From: Candidatus Eiseniibacteriota bacterium
GTDB lineage: Bacteria; Eisenbacteria; RBG-16-71-46
DNA length: 64,000 bases
NCBI GenBank assembly: GCA_963725865.1
Contig: CAVSAC010000010.1
Span: forward strand, 384,001 to 448,000
Reading direction: 5' to 3'
The stretch's first letter is position 1. Each line of letters begins with the position of its first letter. A program made the translations under genes and the position numbers. The notes beneath the pieces are model-generated. The model made no database searches. It was not told the DNA's origin and saw only the letters and a program-made list of their open reading frames with translations. Shown here piece after piece: positions 59,626-64,000 of this stretch.

Positions 59626-61871
59626 ACCCGACCTCCCGCCCCGGCGCCGCGCGGCGGCGCCCGCCGTGGTTGCGGCTGGCGCTGGCGCTGGTACTCGCGA
59701 GCGCTCCCGCCCCGGCGACGGCGAGCCTGCTGGTGCACGTGACCGGCGTGGTCGTCGATCACGCCGGGCGGCCGATCGAGTTCGCCGCGGTCGCCTGCCC
59801 GGCGCTGAAGACCGGCGCGGCGGCCGACGAGCGGGGCCGCTTCGCGCTCGACCTGCCGCTCGGCCGCGCGCAGCTCGAGGTCTCGCAGATGGGCTACGAG
59901 CACACCCGCGTCGAGGTGCGCGTCGTCGAGGACCTCGCCCCGCTGCGCCTGGTGCTGCGCGACGAGCCGCTCGAGCTGGCCGAGGTCCAGGTCGCGACCT
60001 CCTCGTTCGGCAAGGCCGGCAAGAGCGAGGGCGCGACGCTCAAGCGGATGGACGTCGTCATGACTCCGGGGGGCGCCGCCGACGTAATGCAGTCGCTGCG
60101 CGCGCTGCCGGGCATCAACGCGCCGAACGAGGGCGCGGCGGTGTACGTGCGCGGTGGCGATCCGAGCGAGACCCTGATCCGCCTCGACGGCAACTCGATC
60201 GGTCACCCCTACCACTACGAGGGCGCCTCCGGCGGGCTGTTCAGCGCGTTCGACGCCTACCTGGTCCGCAACGCGTTCTTCTCGAGCGGGGGCTTCACCG
60301 CCCGCTACGGCGGCGTGCTCTCGGGCGTGCTCGACATCGACACCCAGGAGCCCGGCGACCAGCGCAGCGTGAACGTGGGGGTCAACATGGTGGGCGCGAA
60401 CCTGTCCACCAGCTGGCGCCTGGTTCCGGGCCGGCTCGCCGCGCTCGCGACCGTCCGCTACAGCGACACCGAGCTGCTGATGCGCGTCTACGGCTCGCGG
60501 AACGACTACGAGCGCGCGCCCCTGAGCCACGACGCCGCCGCCAAACTGGTGTGGCGCTACTCGGGCACCGGCCGGCTCACGTTCACCGGGCTCCAGAACG
60601 GCGATCGCACCGCGGTGGAGGCCAACGTGCTCAATGTCGCGTCGGTCTACCACGAGCACGCGCTGAACCAGGTCGGCGCACTCGAGCTCGCCGACGCGCT
60701 CGGCGAGCGGCTCGCGCTCCACGTGCGCGGCGCCTGGCAACGCTACGGCGCGAAGTGGGACTACTCCGGCTTCGGTACGCGGCGCGACGAGAGCGACGCG
60801 CAGGCCAATCTCGAGGCGGTGTGGACGCCCCACCCGCGGCACGAGCTGACGTTCGGCGGGAACCTGCCGCGCCACGCCGTGCGCATCGTGGGCGGGTTGC
60901 CGGCCGACAGCGTGGACCTGGCCGCGGGCGCACCGCTGCGCGCCTACGACATCCGTCCCGTGCTCACCCTGCCGGGCGTCTTCGTGGAAGACAAGCTGCG
61001 GGTGTGGGGACCGGTCTACGCCACGCTGGGCTTCCGGGCGGACCGGATCTCGAACGCGCAGGTCTGGACCACCGACCCGCGCGCGGCGCTGGCGTGGCGC
61101 ATCGACGAGCGCCAGACCGTGCGGGTGGCCACCGGCCGCTACCACCAGGCGGCCGATCCGCGCTTCCTCGACCGCGCCTACGGCAATCCTCGCCTCGGGC
61201 CCGCGCGCGCCGACCACGTCATCGCCGGCTGGGAGTGGCTGACCGAGAACGCCAACCTCCGGCTCGAGGCCTACCGCAAGGACTATCGAGGGCTGGTCAC
61301 CGTCGACTCGCTCGCCTTCTACGCCCCGCGCGGGCACGGCTTCGCGCGCGGCGTGGACGTGTTCCTGAAGGGCTCCCACCGCTGGGTGAACGGCTGGATC
61401 TCGTACGGCTACATGGACTCGAAGCGCCAGGAGGGCGACGACCCCCGCGAGCTGCCCTCGGCCTACGGGGTCACGCACTCCCTCACGCTGGTCGGGGACT
61501 ACCGCTGGAGTGGCGCGTGGCTGGTGGGTGCGCGCTGGGGTTGGTCGTCCGGCCGGCCGTGGACGCCGGTGGTCGGCCGCACGTGGGATCCGGCCCGCCG
61601 GATCTGGCGCCCGGTGTACGCCGAGAACCGCTCGGCGCGGATGCCGGCCTACAACCGCCTCGACATCCGGCTCACTCGGCTGTTCACGCTGCCGGCCGCC
61701 TGGGGGCTGCCGCTGAGCGCGCCATGCGCCGCCTACGTCGAGGGCCTCAACGTGCTCGACGTCCGCAACGTGCTCGAGTTCGTCTACAACTCCGACTACT
61801 CGCTGCGCTACTCGAGCGATTCCTACTTCTCGCGCCGCATGCTCGTGGCCGGCTGCTCGCTGACGTGGTAA
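59622..61871 (+). CDS. TonB-dependent receptor with an N-terminal CarboxypepD_reg-like domain
   Basis: Plug LPG..YVRGG..FSSGGFTARYGGVLSGV; beta-barrel strands; terminal aromatic residue (SLTW); GTGA overlap. Confidence 0.9.
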   Translation: MNPTSRPGAARRRPPWLRLALALVLASAPAPATASLLVHVTGVVVDHAGRPIEFAAVACPALKTGAAADERGRFALDLPLGRAQLEVSQMGYEHTRVEVRVVEDLAPLRLVLRDEPLELAEVQVATSSFGKAGKSEGATLKRMDVVMTPGGAADVMQSLRALPGINAPNEGAAVYVRGGDPSETLIRLDGNSIGHPYHYEGASGGLFSAFDAYLVRNAFFSSGGFTARYGGVLSGVLDIDTQEPGDQRSVNVGVNMVGANLSTSWRLVPGRLAALATVRYSDTELLMRVYGSRNDYERAPLSHDAAAKLVWRYSGTGRLTFTGLQNGDRTAVEANVLNVASVYHEHALNQVGALELADALGERLALHVRGAWQRYGAKWDYSGFGTRRDESDAQANLEAVWTPHPRHELTFGGNLPRHAVRIVGGLPADSVDLAAGAPLRAYDIRPVLTLPGVFVEDKLRVWGPVYATLGFRADRISNAQVWTTDPRAALAWRIDERQTVRVATGRYHQAADPRFLDRAYGNPRLGPARADHVIAGWEWLTENANLRLEAYRKDYRGLVTVDSLAFYAPRGHGFARGVDVFLKGSHRWVNGWISYGYMDSKRQEGDDPRELPSAYGVTHSLTLVGDYRWSGAWLVGARWGWSSGRPWTPVVGRTWDPARRIWRPVYAENRSARMPAYNRLDIRLTRLFTLPAAWGLPLSAPCAAYVEGLNVLDVRNVLEFVYNSDYSLRYSSDSYFSRRMLVAGCSLTW

Positions 61872-61881
61872 TGCTCGCGCC

Positions 61882-62649
61882 ATGAACGCCGCCCCGCTGC
61901 GTATCGTGCTGGTCGACGACGAGCGCCTCGCGCGCGCCCGCGCGCGGCGGCTGCTGGCCGAGCTGCCCGGCGCCCAGGTGGTCGGCGAGGCCGCGTCGGC
62001 CGACGAGGCCCGCGCGGTGATCGGCAGCACGCGTCCCGACCTGGTGCTGCTCGACGTGCAGATGCCGGGCGAGGACGGCTTCGCGCTGCTGCGCTCGCTC
62101 GATCCGCGCCCGGCGGTGGTGTTCGTGACCGCGTACGACCAGTACGCGGTGCAGGCGTTCGAGGAGAACGCGGTCGACTACCTGCTCAAGCCGTTCCGGC
62201 CCGAGCGGCTCGCGATCGCGCTCGAGCGGGCGCGCCGCGACCTCGCGCATCCCGAGGACATCGCGCGGCGGCTCGAGCAGGTGCTGGCCGGGCTCGGCGG
62301 CGCGCCGGCCACCCACCTGGAGCGCCTCACCGTGCGGGTCGGTGCGCGCCAACTGATCCTGAAGGTCGAGGAGGTGCTGTGGTTCGGGGCCGAGGACAAG
62401 CTGGTATTCGCCGCCACCGCGGGCGATCGCCACTGGCTCGACCTGACGCTCGACCATCTCGAGCGCCGACTCGATCCGCGCCGGTTCGCGCGCGTGCACC
62501 GCGGCGCCATCGTGAACCTCGACCACGCGGTGGCGTTGCGCCCGGCGTTCGCGGGCACCTGGCGGCTGCAGCTCGACGACCCCGCCCGCACCGAGGTGCC
62601 CGTCAGCCGCGCCCGCGCGCGCCCGCTGCGCGACCGGCTGGGCGCGTGA
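61882..62649 (+). CDS. LytTR family response regulator
   Basis: VDDE, LLDVQMP, FVTAY, DYLLKP; LytTR domain FARVHRGAIVN..VSR. Confidence 0.95.
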   Translation: MNAAPLRIVLVDDERLARARARRLLAELPGAQVVGEAASADEARAVIGSTRPDLVLLDVQMPGEDGFALLRSLDPRPAVVFVTAYDQYAVQAFEENAVDYLLKPFRPERLAIALERARRDLAHPEDIARRLEQVLAGLGGAPATHLERLTVRVGARQLILKVEEVLWFGAEDKLVFAATAGDRHWLDLTLDHLERRLDPRRFARVHRGAIVNLDHAVALRPAFAGTWRLQLDDPARTEVPVSRARARPLRDRLGA

Positions 62650-62657
62650 ACGACCCG

Positions 62658-62675
62658 CTGTAACACGCCTGAAAC
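62658..62675 (+). promoter_or_regulatory. PHO-box-like direct repeat
   Basis: CTGTAAC-acgc-CTGAAAC (11-bp period) upstream of an organophosphate transporter; TTGACC at 62694. Confidence 0.35.
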
Positions 62676-62778
62676 AGCGGCGCCTCCGCGCGCTTGACCG
62701 CCGCGCGGCGAGCGGGTACATACACGACTCACGCAGCTTCCCGACTCCACGCAGGGAACGCCGGTCGGAGCCGCTCCC

Positions 62779-64000
62779 ATGACGCCTCCCCTCCCGATCC
62801 ACAGCCGCGAGTTCCGCGCCCGCCGGGTGAAGAACTGGCTGGTGCTCGGCCTGACGTACGCCGCGATGTACATGGCGCGGTACAACTTCTCCTTCGCGAA
62901 CAAGTCGCTCTCCGATCAGTACGGATGGAGCAAGACGCAGATCGGCGGAATCATCAGCACCGCCACGCTCGTGTACGGCATCTCCGCGCTGTTCAACGGC
63001 CCGCTCGCCGATCGCTTCGGGGGCCGCCGCGCGATGCTGATCGGCGCCAGCGGCGCGTTCGTGTTCAACCTGCTGTTCGGCCTCGGCGCCTACCTCGGCT
63101 TCCTCGGCACCGGCCCCCTGCTGCTCGGCTACTTCGCGACCGTGTGGACGCTGAACATGTACTTCCAGTCCTACAGCGCGCTCGCGCTGATCAAGGTGAA
63201 CGCGGGCTGGTTCCACGTGAGCGAGCGCGGCGTGTTCTCCGCGATCTTCGGCTCCATGATCCAGAGCGGGCGGGCGGCGGTCTTCGCGCTGCTGACGGCG
63301 GGCTTCGTGGTGGCGCTGCCGTGGCAGTGGAAGTTCTTCCTGCCGGCCGCGATCGTGGGCGTGATGCTGGTGATCACCCAGCGCGTCGTGGTCGACACGC
63401 CGAAGGACGCCGGGCTGCCGGCGTTCGACCCGCAGGACGCCACCAGCGGGGACACCGAGCGCATCACGCTGGGCTACGTCGCGCGCAAGGTGTTCACCAA
63501 CCCGGTCGCCATCACCATCGCGATCGCGGAGTTCTGCACCGGGATGGTGCGGAAGGGCTTCGAGGAGTGGTTCCCGCGCTACATGCAGGAGGCGCAGCAC
63601 ATGCCTCTCGACCACCCGATCTTCAAGACCGGGGCGTTCTTCATCGTGCTGGCCGGCGTGGTGGGCGCGTTTGCGGCGGGCATCCTCTCGGACTGGGTGT
63701 TCGGCCACCGCCGCCCGCCGGTGGCGCTGATCGGCTACGTGCTCATCGTGGGCTGCCTGTGGGTGATCGGGCACCATCCCAGCGTGCCGGTGCTGATCGC
63801 GGCCTTCACGGTCAATTCGCTTGCGATCTCGATGGTGCACTCCATGCTCTCGGGCACCGCCTCGATGGACTTCGGCGGCCAGCGCGCGGCCGCCACCGCG
63901 GCCGGCATGTTCGACGGCATGCAGTACGTGGGTGGCACGCTGGCGGGCATCGGCATCGGCTCGATGGTCGACGCCTACGGCTGGGACGCGTGGGCGCCGA
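62779..64000 (+). CDS. MFS organophosphate:Pi antiporter (GlpT/UhpT-like); runs off the window edge
   Basis: Manual translation, not in the ORF track: MTPPLPIH..YAAMYMARYNFSFA..NGPLADRFGGRR..WFHVSERG..SDWVFGHRRPP..AAGMFDGMQYVG. Confidence 0.88.
   Translation, partial: MTPPLPIHSREFRARRVKNWLVLGLTYAAMYMARYNFSFANKSLSDQYGWSKTQIGGIISTATLVYGISALFNGPLADRFGGRRAMLIGASGAFVFNLLFGLGAYLGFLGTGPLLLGYFATVWTLNMYFQSYSALALIKVNAGWFHVSERGVFSAIFGSMIQSGRAAVFALLTAGFVVALPWQWKFFLPAAIVGVMLVITQRVVVDTPKDAGLPAFDPQDATSGDTERITLGYVARKVFTNPVAITIAIAEFCTGMVRKGFEEWFPRYMQEAQHMPLDHPIFKTGAFFIVLAGVVGAFAAGILSDWVFGHRRPPVALIGYVLIVGCLWVIGHHPSVPVLIAAFTVNSLAISMVHSMLSGTASMDFGGQRAAATAAGMFDGMQYVGGTLAGIGIGSMVDAYGWDAWAP

Overview
A very GC-rich bacterial window (roughly 70-75% by eye, not computed) with about 40 protein-coding genes. 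I recognised no rRNA, tRNA, CRISPR array, integrase or transposase. Five large secreted proteins end in an FlgD-Ig/T9SS-type-A-like sorting tail, and a TonB-dependent receptor is present. This points to a diderm FCB-related lineage such as Ca. Eisenbacteria (inference). From 4.7 to 20.6 kb, four secreted repeat proteins surround an ECF sigma/Ser-Thr kinase pair. The middle holds a soluble kinase-BRCT fusion in an operon with phosphoesterases, a divergent alanine dehydrogenase plus CoA-transferase, a 2,028-aa subtilase, and housekeeping genes (queF, miaB, ROK, S45 acylase, fused E1, ggt, acyl-CoA dehydrogenase). The best candidate for an undescribed system is 56.3-62.65 kb. There, one membrane sensor module is duplicated and fused once to a PP2C phosphatase and once to a LytS kinase. 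Both genes have matching 21-bp-spaced LytTR-type boxes and leaderless-type promoters, and a secreted TPR-like protein, a TonB-dependent receptor and a LytTR regulator follow. Three single-base frameshifts look like assembly errors. All calls come from reading motifs by eye; no database searches were run.
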